This document shows, one piece after another, positions 48,283-60,839 of a stretch of DNA of 64,000 nucleotides. The stretch is from Chrysomallon squamiferum (taxonomy: Eukaryota > Animalia > Mollusca), in the NCBI GenBank assembly GCA_012295275.1, contig CM022667.1:13020001-13084000 (forward strand), written 5' to 3'. The translations under genes and the position numbers were made by a program. Within the stretch, counting starts at the first letter, position 1; each line of letters opens with the position of its first letter. The notes below the pieces were generated by a model. That model was not told the DNA's origin and searched no databases. It saw only the letters and a program-made list of their open reading frames with translations.

Positions 48283-50250
48283 ATGGCCGACACAAATAAA
48301 CCCATCGGCACAGTTAGCGCCGAGGTTACCCCTCAACAAAACTGCGGAACGGAGGCGGAAGTACCACGCGTGGAATCTCTTGGCTCCCCGGTCGACAGGG
48401 ACAACGGAAACCTATCCGACAACTCTGAGGGGGACACAATATACGTGGGACTGGTAGAAACGACACCTGACGGCTCCCCCCGCCCCACCCTGTCCCCAGA
48501 CTGCAACCAAATCCTCAACTGGACCGCAACTGCCCCAACCGGAATGACCATCATTCCGGAGTCCCCACAACACAAAAACAAGAAACGGAAAACCCACCCA
48601 ACTGTCCAATCCCCCCCAGAACAGGCTCCAGTCAGCACATCGAACAGGTTTTCAGCCCTGGACATGTTGAGCATTGCTGTTCCCCAACAGGGCTCGCAAA
48701 AATCCCTCAAACTGTCAGCCAGCCCCCCTAGGCCCGCTAAGTCCCCAATCCCCGGACTGAGACGGGTCTTTTTTAATAAAAGAAACCCGTCTCTGTACGA
48801 AGCGATCTTTTTCCAACAGTCCATCTCGCGACTGTTGGACGATACTTTTTTCCACACCCGGATGTCAGATGAGGCAACCTTCATCAGGGCTGACTCGGAC
48901 ACCCCACTCATCAAACTGGGTACCAGTATTGAACTGATGCCCAACCCCATGGAGTGTCAAAAGGTGTGGGTCACACTGGAGAGGTGTACCAAAGAACCTC
49001 ACGAAACGAGAGTACCCTCACCCCCAAAACAAACAAACCCATCTACCACAAACGGACAGACATACACACAGGACAAAACAAGCAGCCAAGCCATACACAG
49101 ACAAATGGACAAGACGGTGGCTTACGGCACCTGGGGGCAATGCACTTTCGGTGCAGAACCCCTAAAACAGACAACACCAACCAAAACAAGGTCGACAACA
49201 CAACGACAGAAATACAAACAGCGACATGACGGCCATACGAGACAAACTCCCCAACACGCCCCCAAAGTAGCAATAGACACAGAGGAGTTCCCGCTCCTCA
49301 ACCTGACGCCGGGACGACCCTGGCCAAGAGAATTCGTATACGCCCACGTACCACCAACTGGACGGGCAGCCTCCACACCGCAACAACAAAACAGCACCCC
49401 ACAAAATAACACCCACTACACAACACAAAAGGCACACAAACCAGCAACAACAGCCACCACAACAACAGACCAATCCATACGGAAACTCATAAAAAAACAA
49501 CCTGGCACGGAAACAACAAAACAAATACTGGACGTATTAAAAAAAGAAAACCCAGACGTGATGATTCAGAACATCACGATCTGGAAAAACGGCTACTGGG
49601 ATGTGCTTCTGTCTGCCACAACACAAGCAGAGCACATCCTATTCCACCAGAAACCATTCAAACTGTGGGCGTTCCAGACACACCCCACAAAATGCGCCCA
49701 GTGCCAGAGATGGGGACACAACGCAACAAAGTGCAGGTCGTTGCGGGGACACCCAACGTGCTTCAGGTGTGGGGACAAACACCCCAAGAAAACGCCCGAC
49801 AACCCGTGCCGCCAACCCACCCAGTGCGCGAACTGCAACGGCCGTCACTACACACACAGCCACCTGTGCGCGGCCTATCGCAACGCACTGAAACACATGG
49901 AGGCCAAAAACACACACACAACAACACCCCCTCACTCGTCAGCCATACACCCATACACACCAGCCTCCAGGACAAACACAAGACAAACACAAATAGGCTC
50001 CATCAACAACAAACACAGCCCAGTGACAACCAGGGTTGTCACTGGCCTATTCCTAGACGGAGCACTACAAACTCCCAACCCCAACCTAAATAACAGATCG
50101 GAGGCAGCGGTAAAAAAAGCCACGATGGCGGCATGTCAAACCCTACAACACCACCTGGGAATACCGCTGGAACTAGACACTGTGCTCCCACACGCAAGCA
50201 ACTACTACAAAAACATCACCAACACCGAAAACACTAAACAAATAAAATAA
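48283..50250 (+). CDS. LINE ORF1 gag-like nucleic-acid-binding protein
   Basis: Open frame from ATG at 48283 with three zinc knuckles CAQCQRWGHNATKC, CFRCGDKH...C and CANCNGRH...C, typical of I/Jockey-group ORF1. Confidence 0.85.
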   Translation: MADTNKPIGTVSAEVTPQQNCGTEAEVPRVESLGSPVDRDNGNLSDNSEGDTIYVGLVETTPDGSPRPTLSPDCNQILNWTATAPTGMTIIPESPQHKNKKRKTHPTVQSPPEQAPVSTSNRFSALDMLSIAVPQQGSQKSLKLSASPPRPAKSPIPGLRRVFFNKRNPSLYEAIFFQQSISRLLDDTFFHTRMSDEATFIRADSDTPLIKLGTSIELMPNPMECQKVWVTLERCTKEPHETRVPSPPKQTNPSTTNGQTYTQDKTSSQAIHRQMDKTVAYGTWGQCTFGAEPLKQTTPTKTRSTTQRQKYKQRHDGHTRQTPQHAPKVAIDTEEFPLLNLTPGRPWPREFVYAHVPPTGRAASTPQQQNSTPQNNTHYTTQKAHKPATTATTTTDQSIRKLIKKQPGTETTKQILDVLKKENPDVMIQNITIWKNGYWDVLLSATTQAEHILFHQKPFKLWAFQTHPTKCAQCQRWGHNATKCRSLRGHPTCFRCGDKHPKKTPDNPCRQPTQCANCNGRHYTHSHLCAAYRNALKHMEAKNTHTTTPPHSSAIHPYTPASRTNTRQTQIGSINNKHSPVTTRVVTGLFLDGALQTPNPNLNNRSEAAVKKATMAACQTLQHHLGIPLELDTVLPHASNYYKNITNTENTKQIK

Positions 50251-50313
50251 ATACAGTCAAAATACACGCAACAGAACCAACCTCTAACACTACCAAACTC
50301 CTTGACATCACAC

Positions 50314-53300
50314 ATGGGAGACAAACAAAACATTAAACACAAACAAGCCAAAGGCCTTAACATCCTACAGTGGAATGCCAAAGGCCTCAAATCAGGAGGC
50401 CATGGCGAAGAACTCAAACACTACATAACAAACTCTAATATACAGATAGACATAATATGCATACAAGAAACCTGGATCACCAACACACAAACACGAAAGA
50501 ATCAACTCTTCCAAAACTTTAACATTCCAGGTTTCTATGGTTTCTTCCACAACACCAACTGCACCACGAGAGGAGGAGTAGCGACATTTGTCAGAAATGA
50601 GCTCTCCTACTCACGTATCACACTCACGAATCACCACATCAACATAGAGACACTTGGAATATCAATACATGGCCAGGATGAAGACATTAACATATTTAAC
50701 TATTACACCCACCCAGGCAAAAATCATTACAACATAACACTCGAACACTACACTAAAAGCATTCCCGCTAAATTTATCGACAACTCCATCGTACTAGGGG
50801 ACTTCAACAGCAGAAACCACCTATGGGGTTCCTCTAGTACAGGCAAACGGGATCATCGTCGAAAAATTTATGGAACTTAACAAACACATATGTCTGAACG
50901 ATGGCACGCCAACCTTCCTATCAGACATATACAACACCTGGTCATGCATTGATATCTCAACAGTGTCTGAAACCATAGCCGCTAAATGCGAATGGACAGT
51001 TCTCAACAACCTCAACAGCGATCACCTACCAATACTCATCTCATACAACACACAAAACAACTGGAAAGAGGTAACAATAAACAAACACAAATGGAACTTC
51101 ACGAAAGCCAACTGGACTGAATTTAAAAAACAATGTCTGGAAACAGATCCTAAACTCATTCGAAGCAATAATATCGACACTTTTAACCAAAATTTAACTG
51201 ACAAAATAATTAGCATTGCTTATAAAACTATTCCAATTTCTAATTATAAATACAAAAATAATTCAGTCCCTTGGTGGAGTGAAGAACTAAAACTCCTCAC
51301 AAAGGCACGCAACAAACATCGCAAAACATACCAAAAACATAACTCAGCAACCAACCTCGCAAACCTCAAAATCAGTAAACACAAAGTCTCACAAGCCGTG
51401 CTACATGCAAAAAGAGAATCGTGGAAAACCTTCTGCACATCTATCAACATCAACACATCTAGTAAGGAAATTTGGGCCAGAATCAAACGCATACAGGGCA
51501 AACCAATTAGCAAGAACACACTACTCGTCCGCAACAAAAACCTCCATACAAACAAAGAGAAGGCCGCTGCTCTGGGAGATGTCTTTAAACACAACTCGAG
51601 TACAAACAACTTTCCCCCCAAATTTCGAAAAATTAAAAATAAATTAGAAACAGTCAACAAAATTCCACCTGACTCAAAAACCCCAGGAACAAAATATAAT
51701 ATTCCCTTCACACTCCCAGAAATGACAGCGGCCTTCTCCGACCGTAAAGGAACGGCCCCAGGGCCAGACAAATTCTCCTACCTATTCTTTCAAAACATGC
51801 CCACAGACATGCTAAATCTATTTCTGGAACTCTATAACACTATCTGGAAGGAAGGATACCTTCCCCTCAAATGGAAGCATGCTGAAGTCTTCAGCCTTCC
51901 AAAACAGGGCAAGGATCTTTCCAACCCCTCCAACTATCGTCCTATCTCACTAACGTCCTGTGTCTGCAAAACCATGGAGGATATGGTCAACAAACGCCTA
52001 ACCCATTTTCTGGAAAAGAACCAACTCATTTCGGCCTTTCAAAGTGGTTTCCGAAAAAACCACTCCACAAGCGACCACATAACCAGATTACAATCTGAAA
52101 TATCCGAGTCTTTGTTTACTGGACAAAAAGTGTTTGTTGACATAGAAAAAGCCTATGATATGGTCTGGAGACATGGTCTTCTAATTAAAGTCTACAACAT
52201 GGGCATAAGAGGCCCTATGTTCGGCTTTTATAGAAGCGTTCTTGAAAAATAGATCCTTTACGGTCAATGTAAACGAAAACTTCTCAGACAGCTTGGATTT
52301 GGAGAATGGGATCCCCCAGGGTTCAGTTATCGCCCCTACTCTTTTTAGCATTTTTATTAATGACCTAGCACATAAACTAGCCACTAACTCGAAAACCGCA
52401 ACTAAGCTTAGCATAGGATTATTTGCGGATAATACAGCCTTTTGGCGTGCTGGAAACTGTCTTAAACAAATCGAAACAGATCTGCAAAAAGACTTAAATA
52501 ACTTACAAAATTGGGCGGAAACTTGGGGAGTCACCATCTCCCAATCCAAGACTGTCACCGTAACCTTTGGGAGAAAAGTCAACATTAAACACAATAAAAT
52601 AAACCTACACTACAACAACACAAAAATCCCACAAGTAAACGCAGTCAAATTCCTGGGAGTCACCTTCGACAGGTGCCTTAACTTTAAACAACACATCACC
52701 AACACAATCAACACATGCACACAATACATGAACCTACTGAAAGTGCTTTCGAACGCCAAATGGGGAGCTGACAGGTCATCTCTCTTGATGGTGTTCGAAG
52801 CATTAATAGTGTCGAGACTCCAGTATGGATCCCAGGCGTTCAGCGGTGTGTCTGAATACCAACTAAAACGGCTAGACACCGTCTACAACAAGGCACTCAG
52901 AATTGTTGCAAGGGTATTCCCAGGCACACCGACGGACAGTCTGTTTGTGGAACTAAACATGCTGCCGCTGCGAATCCGACGCAGCACACAGTGTCTCAAA
53001 CACTGGTTCAAAATAAAAATTCTCATCCCCACCCATCCCATAAACACAATAATCCCAAACAACTTACCCTACATCAACGACAGAGAAGCATCACTCAACG
53101 ACACACACAGGACAGCAAAAAGACTAAACCTACTGGACCTAGAACTTGAAAACAACCCGTCACCCTTAGAACCCCCATGGACAATGAAACAACTTGACAT
53201 ACCTCTAACGCTTAGACAGGCAGTATTGACGACGGAACACGACCCATTTAAAAACGTAATTTTTAGAGCAGCACTAAGCGACAACTACTCGGACTTCGTA

Positions 53301-54310
53301 CAAATATACACGGACGGCTCCAAAGACCCTCTCACGGGAAGAACCGGCATGGCCTTTCATGTCAGGCCGGAACTACCCGACGTACCCTTCAACTACAAAG
53401 GTAGACTGACCAACAACCTATCTGTCTTCACTACGGAACTAATAGCTATTCTCTCGGCACTTAAATGGGTCTTAACTCAAACTTACGTCAACAGCACAAA
53501 AAAGAAATACCTCATACTGACTGATTCCCTCAGCTCACTGCAAGCTCTGCACAAACTCAAATTCAGCAGCTCCCAGTACATTAGACAGATTATCGAAATC
53601 ACAAACTATTCTGCGACGGACGCGCCCGCTGACCTGTCAGAAAGCGTGCCCGTCGCAGACGTGCTTCACAACAGCTTGCTCTGATTAGCACGTTAATTTT
53701 TTTCCATTTCCATTTCCAATCACAAACTGTATCACCCACAGAGGACACAAGGTCACCTTCGAGTGGGTACCCGCCCACGTGGGTGTTACTGGAAACGAGC
53801 TGGCAGACAAAAACGCTAAATACTCGCTTGACGACGACACAATCGACTTTGACTCTAAATACAACGTGAACGAAATCATGACCATAGCGCACAATAAGCT
53901 GATAGAATCGTGGCAACAAGACTGGGACAACAAGACTAGACTATGGCACTACATAATCAAACCAAAAGTCAACTCGCCCAGCCCACTCTCAGACAACAAC
54001 AAAACAACTCAAACTTTAACCCGTCTCAGAGTGGGAGTGACCTTCGGACTAAACGACAGCAGACATAGACTCGACAACACCGTGAGTGACAAGTGCGACA
54101 CATGCCATAAACTGGACAACGTCAGACACTATATTTTTTACTGCATCAAATACGACAAGGACAGACAGAAACTAACCACAGCTTTAACAAACATCAAAGT
54201 CAGATTCACTCCAGCGGACATTTTCAACCCCCCCCCAAACACCTAAAAAAACAAGTAGACAACCTGATAATGCGGTTCGTGGAAGAAACAAAAGTGAGAA
54301 TATAAACACA
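50314..54310 (+). pseudogene. LINE ORF2 (APE endonuclease, reverse transcriptase, RNase H, C-terminal zinc knuckle), disrupted
   Basis: EN motifs ILQWNAKGL, ICIQETW, LGDFN, SDHLPI; RT motifs APGPD, NYRPISLTS, QSGFR, DIEKAYD, GIPQGSVIAP; catalytic YADD position reads FADN; RNase H motifs YTDGSK, TDSLS, WVPAHVGVTGNELAD. Frameshifts near 50850 and 52228, an insertion at 53608-53728 and stops after 54243. Confidence 0.9.
53608..53717 (+). mobile_element. 110-bp 5'-truncated retroposon (SINE/LINE 3' end) nested in the RNase H region
   Basis: 11-bp TSD AATCACAAACT (53597-53607, 53718-53728); ends in T-run plus (CCATTT)n. Removing it restores IIEITNCITHRGHKVTFEWVPAHVG in frame. Confidence 0.88.
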
Positions 54311-54499
54311 ATTTTACAAAACACTACACAACATAAACACACCCGGGTCCAACCACAGAACCAACTGGCAACCTCCCCTCGACGTCTGAACTCCAAAAAG
54401 CAACAACAACGCGACGCTAACAACAACAACAAGCAAAAAGATGCCCGACACGATGTCACAACGAGATTTTTTTTTTTTTTTTTTTCAGTAGAAACCAAA

Positions 54500-54530
<31 letters not shown>

Positions 54531-55674
54531 GTAAATAAATAAATCTAAATAAATAAATAAGTAAATAAATAAATCTAAATAAATAAAACCCCTTAAACAG
54601 TCCCCAATGCATATATATATGTATATGTGTGTGGGTGTGTGTATGTATGTGTATATATATATATATATATATATACCCACATATGTGTGCGTGTGTGTCT
54701 GCGTAGGGGTCTGTATATATGTAGTTCTACTGCACCCTTTCGGCTGTTAATAAATAAAAACCACTCAAAGGTTTATTCCAAATTGCCCACTTCAAATGCA
54801 CTTGCACCCTTCCCTTCCCATTCCTTTTCCCCCTTTTCCCTTCCCCTCTCCTGTCCCGGAACCCATCCCTGGCGATCCCAGAGATCGGATCCGTGATAGG
54901 CGTGCCCGAACCTTGAATTGGACGTGGGCACGTAAAAAGAGTTCTCCATACCATACCATATATATTCTTCTCCAGCAGTCTATATATCTGCCTGTCTCCC
55001 TGTTTGACTCTACGTATGACTCTCTATCTGTGTATCTATCTATCTCTACCTATCTACCTATCTACCTACTTCCTTTTCTAACTACCAACCTACTTTCATA
55101 TTTACCTACCTATTTGTCTAAGCAGATAGACTAAATTGTATCTACAGCGATTCACTGAAATTAAAATAGGTAGGTTAAACTTTATAACGATAGAGAGAAA
55201 AAAATTATCTAGAGAGACAGACACCTGTTTATATTACAGTCATTAATTCCTATACAAAATGTCTAACGTAAAGCACGAATGAAAATTGCTTCCAGGACCG
55301 ATGACGTCATCCAGACAGCTTGGTTAGGTTGGATTAACCTCGCTTTTCATTAATACAACATAACAGTTATCACTGGATGATTGAAGGCGTTGTTACCCTT
55401 GTTTAACGTTTTAAATGAAATAAATAAATTATTGCTCCAGTTTAATAACAATGGGTATTTACAGTAATTCTGAAACTATGCAAATAAAGCATCAACAACA
55501 GCACATTTACCGTTAAGCTTCATTTAAATGATTTTCTTTTTCTGTTTTCTAATTAATGAAAAAACGGTTAGGTTAAATACACCTATTTTCATTTCGAGGC
55601 CTTTGAAGATTATATAACGGAACTACGATATTGTTAACTGTTAGGTATAGGAACTACGTAAATGTTAACTGTTT

Positions 55675-55726
<52 letters not shown>

Positions 55727-55734
55727 TGAGAGAG

Positions 55735-55811
<77 letters not shown>

Positions 55812-56341
55812 AAGAGAGAGAAAGAGAAAGAGAAAGCGTTAATAAGAAAAAATCAGACAAACTGATATATTCCTTATTAGGTAAAAAATTTAAATGTAGG
55901 ACAGAAAAAGTAACAAGGATATGTTTATATATTTTTATTAACTTCCAGGAAATGTTCTGTTCGTCGACACCATTAATCGTAATCACATTGTTAACATAGA
56001 AACTAAAATACATTGTAACATGAAAATTATAAAACAGAAAAGTTTCAATTTTGAATTTCATAAAGTTTAACAAACTTTGCAAAAAATGCTAGTGCTGTCA
56101 GTTTAATCTATTTTGTATTTGGAACTTTAACGTATAAATATTAACGTGTTTAAATCTTTCTGAAACTTTCGTTTTCTGTACTGAACAAAACAGTTCTATG
56201 TATTTTTCACTTGTACTTTCGGTGTATGTAGTTACGTAGTTATAAAGGGATCATTAATTTTAAAGTTTTTCGTGACTTAGAAGAAAACATTAATTTTAAC
56301 AATGTTAACATTTTCACAGTTGATCTTGTTAAAAAAAATCA

Positions 56342-56743
56342 TTACTGGATTTTTTCACATATATATCCGTTGCTACTCCATTTCGTTTTATCATCCCAAA
56401 TACCATCGAACTGAACTACTATATAGTCACCGACAAATGGTGGGTGTCCTACCCAGTTAGCGAAAGTGACGTGGTTACCATTCACCCAGACAAAATCATC
56501 ATCATGAACTTCATCAGTCAAACCAATGCTGTAAACATCGGAATCTGAATATTGATCTGAAATAATATTATAGACCGATAGATCATAGACAGTACACCAA
56601 CAGTCAAGAAGAAAGACAGATGGACATAAAGACAAGCAGAATATCAAACAGATCCGCAGACAGAAAGATATACACGCAGATGAGACAGTCAGAGATTAAT
56701 TTCGTTACAGGTAAGTTTTATTATTTGTGAAATACTGATAATC

Positions 56744-56782
<39 letters not shown>

Positions 56783-56794
56783 AATAATAATAAC

Positions 56795-56843
<49 letters not shown>

Positions 56844-57915
56844 TAATATAAATTATAATTAAAAAATTTGTAAATAGGTGTATGCAAATATGAATGAAAG
56901 CTTTGATTAATTAGTTATATAAGTTAGTTTGTTCTGGACACTATTTCTAAATTAATGCTATTCAAATGAGCAGCAATCAATGGACGTTTATTTATTAACA
57001 TAATTTAAATTGTATCCTTCGTAATCAGTGATGTAGATAAAACTGTAAATCTAATTATCTTCGTGTTCATTGATGCAGATAAAATTGTAAGTCTAATTAG
57101 CTTCGTGTTTACCGATGTAGTTAAAACTGTAAACGTAATTATCTTCGTGTGTATTGATGTAATTAAAACTTGTAATTACCACTGTGTTCACTGAAGTAGT
57201 TAGTGACAGCGTCGTTTTTCTGTTTTGTATCGAGGACAATGAGTCTGGCTGCTGTTTGGATACAGGCATCTCTAGCATCACGCCACCTCATCTTTTCGAC
57301 AAATACCTTGAAGCAAATTCTCGGTTCCTGAATCCAGACAAACCCCTCTTCTTGTGGACAGTTAGCTTGAACAGAAAGTTAGTTTGAGTTTAACGACTCT
57401 ATCAAACGTTAGTGCAGATTTAACGATTCTTTTGCTAGATGCTACAGTGATTTTTTTCTTATATTTTTTTATTTATTATTTTTAATTCTGTTATCAGGAG
57501 CAAAGGATCAAAAATTTGTGTGTGGGCTTTGCTTCATAGCATTGATTAGCGTTCTTAATCAGCAGTAAGATGACAATAGTTTTTGTCTTACAACACGCTT
57601 TTCGTTTCTGTGAGGTGTCAGCAGTACGTTAAATTACTGATATAACTTCTATATGTTATTTAATTCCACGTATTGATAATATTTAATAATAATAAAATAA
57701 AATAAAATAAAATAAAATAAAATACGTGAATTACATAAAATGCCTATCTAAAATATATTCTAATATAACATTCTCGTTGTGATTTCAACACTAAAACTGA
57801 AAACATTTCTAACTGCCACCTTGTTTTTGTTTGTTTAATTTTTTTTTCTCACGAAAACCTAGCCAGGTGATGCTCATCAGCTAAATAAAACAATTCATTT
57901 TAACAGAAGTGTTCA

Positions 57916-57984
<69 letters not shown>

Positions 57985-58632
57985 CGAAATAAAATTAAAT
58001 ACAAAACATATATATATATATATATAAATCACATTAAAAATCTTAAGTTTATGCTCACAGAAATTAATTTTATTTACCTGAAAAATCTGTCGGTGTTGAA
58101 TAATATCGTGATCCGGTTGAACTAACAGAGTTATCGTTCTTCGTATCAATATAGTCGACAGAATAGAAATGGCAGGTCAAATTAAAACTGTTGTAAGAAA
58201 ACGACTTGCAGAACGCGTTCTTAGAGCACTCCATCCCACATATCACTTTGCTTCTGACGTCATTCATAGCAGCGATGACGTTATCAGTGACTATGACGTC
58301 ATCGAAAGATTTGCGTCGAATCCAAATGAACTCGCTGATATTGGTGCTGGAACTGGTTAACAAATAAATAACAAATGTAAGAACAACAACAGCAGTAATA
58401 ATAATAATAATAATGATAATAATCCAACAAAAATAACAACAAAAAAACCCCAAACTCATCTATTCATACATACATACATACATTCAAAATCACATACATA
58501 CTTTCATCCATATATACCAGTCATTATATACATCCATCCATCCATTCATATGTACTTAAATATAATTATAAATACATACCTGGTTTTAAGGTGAAGAGAT
58601 AAAACAATTAGTGTAAATGTTGTATACTTCAT
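56342..58632 (-). CDS. Secreted PAN/Apple + C-type lectin domain protein, gene D (intact frame)
   Basis: Exons 58632-58580 (signal MKYTTFTLIVLSLHLKT), 58346-58078 (PAN: CGMECSKNAFCKSFSYN...C), 57365-57180 (CPQEEGFVW...ICFK...WRDARDAC...ARLIVLDT), 56556-56342 (YSIGLTD...FVWVNG...NW...YICEK). Phases 2/1/1 as in genes A and B. Confidence 0.83.
57015..57177. repeat. Degenerate ~42-bp minisatellite (about 4 units) in gene D intron 3
   Basis: Units resembling ATCTTCGTGTTCATTGATGYAGATAAAACTGTAAATCTAATT start near 57015, 57057, 57099 and 57141. Confidence 0.75.
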
Positions 58633-58690
58633 AATCGAACGTAAATTATTTTTCTTGATATCGCCAGTTGTCCTGTTTAATATTTAATAT

Positions 58691-58755
<65 letters not shown>

Positions 58756-58914
58756 AACAACAACGACAACAAAAACAAAACGTACAGCAACTGAACACAA
58801 ACAGCAAACGAAAGAACAATAATTGTCATAAATACGACCAGAATGACGACGACGAACACCACCACCACCACCACCACCACCATCAACAACAACAACAGTA
58901 ACAGTAACAATAAC

Positions 58915-58952
<38 letters not shown>

Positions 58953-59978
58953 GAAGAAGAAGAAGAAGAAGAAGAAGAAACAAATTGAAAAAAAAAGAAC
59001 ACTGTTATAATTATAAAGATAAAGGCTAGAAAAAAAAGAAAAAAAAAAAAAAAAAAAAAACCGAACAATCATAATAATAATAAACAACAATGTGAAGAAT
59101 ATTAATTATTTAAATAGAATAACCAAATGATAAATAAATAAATAAATAAATAATCAAAATAAACAAACAAATGATAAATAAATAAATAATCAAAATAAAC
59201 AAACAAATGATAAATAAATAAATAAACACAAATTAACAAACAAGCAAACAGAAGCAACAACAACAACGACAACGCCAGTTTAAAAGAAATGATAGTAAAA
59301 ATCCATCCTCGATACGATTACTAAAAAACTGGTCTTCTTGTACCCACGTAACTGTAACGCACTGACTGTTTATAAACTCACAAACGCATATTAAACATTT
59401 TTTTTTTTTTTTTATGACAAAGAATTTTCTTTTTGTAAGAGCTGGCATCCTGAAATACTCCTTACGTGATCAAGTACTTTCCATGCTTGTATTGTGTACA
59501 TTCATACACACTTCTTTGTTGCATGGTTGTTAGTTGTTTTGTTTGTTGGTGTTGTTTTCTTTTGGTTTATGTTTTAAAAGTTAGCTTTAGTGTCTGTAAC
59601 GGAAATTATTCATCTCGGTGATAGTGGCGATTGATAACGGTGTAGACACAGGTATGAAATGTGATGTCATTAACTAAAATGTTTTCTTTCTGCGTCTGTG
59701 CTGTGTTTGCCTCTGGGAAACGTATTGATCTTGCCAAAGGAAAGGTGTGATGAATATAGAATGTATTTGTACTTTGTTGTTTGTTTTCTATCTTTTTTTT
59801 TTTTTCTTTATTTCTTTTACCTTCCTGTCTTCTTTATTCATTTCATTTGTTTGTTTGTTTAATTATTTACCATCATCATCATCTTCATTATTGTTATTTT
59901 TCTTCTTCTTCTTCTTCTTCTTATAATCATCATCATCATCATCATTATTATTATTATTATTATTATCGTCATAATCAC

Positions 59979-60011
<33 letters not shown>

Positions 60012-60197
60012 CATCATTTACTTCTACTACTATTACAACTATTGCTGTTTATTCATTTTTATCTATACAGATATATAAGCTCTATAATCGTCACAATTGT
60101 TGTACTCTGAGAACAAGTCAGTTATGAAATACAGATATCCAAGGAGTACAGAGGACTTATTGGCGACAATACAGAAAGAGTGAAAGATTAGATAGGC

Positions 60198-60245
<48 letters not shown>

Positions 60246-60704
60246 GACACACACACACCTAAACACACCATCAGTAAAACTGGTTCACATAGTGCTATGT
60301 ATAACTCCAACTTTAAAAAGTATTTGATTACTATGTAAGATAAGTTAAATCTTGAGTATGGAGCCTATTTTGGAAAATTAGTTTTTTTTTGAGTAAAATA
60401 GATTTTATTGATTTGTTCGTATTCTACGATTTGTTGAGCATAACGAACGTGTCAGTCGGTTGTATAAGATTTTACATTATTCTGTAATACAGATAAAACT
60501 ACATTATGAAAATAATTCTGACCTAGTGGAGTTTATAAATAAGGTCATTTCATTTTTTTTTATCACTGATTACGATAGGTACGCCTGACGTCTTAACATG
60601 TAAGCTCGTTATATTACGTTTTATAGAGATATGCATTGATTTTTCACAAATATGCGGTTTAACGTCTGTACCAGTCAGAAAGCATAGAGTTCAGTATGTA
60701 ACTG

Positions 60705-60839
60705 TGACGTCATATCAAAGTTTTTTCACAAATATATAACACTGAGTTTTAATAATTGACGTCATAATATCGATTTTTCACAGATATTTGACATTTGGCT
60801 TTCATAAGTGACGTCATTCCATTGACACTGTTTTTCACA
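60705..60839. promoter_or_regulatory. Three perfect CRE/ATF palindromes (TGACGTCA) at exact 52-bp spacing, each followed by TTTTCACA
   Basis: TGACGTCA at 60705, 60757 and 60809; TTTTCACA near 60723, 60775 and 60831 (also near 60641 and 60910). About 2 kb upstream of the gene D start codon. Function is not shown. Confidence 0.35.

Larger units (their letters stand above)
47428..54958 (+). mobile_element. Full-length non-LTR retrotransposon (I-group/Nimb-like LINE: ORF1 + EN-RT-RNase H ORF2), degenerate
   Basis: 12-bp TSD TATATATTCTTC at 47416-47427 and 54959-54970; 3' stem-loop and (CCATA)n tail; two-ORF organisation with RNase H; A/C-rich sense strand. Confidence 0.9.

Noticed and set aside
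48333-50123. Numerous minus-strand ORFs (up to 205 aa) within LINE ORF1
   Set aside because: Expected from the A/C-rich sense strand, which leaves few antisense stops. No recognisable domains.
53625-53647. CTGA...GAAA inside the nested insert hairpin as a hammerhead ribozyme core
   Set aside because: The required CUGANGA box is absent (CTGACCT) and no three-stem junction with an NUH site can be drawn.
57840-57885. Minus-strand CTGATGAG...GAAA hammerhead-like string
   Set aside because: Stem II does not close next to the core, and stems I and III were not found. The GAAA comes from a poly-T tract.
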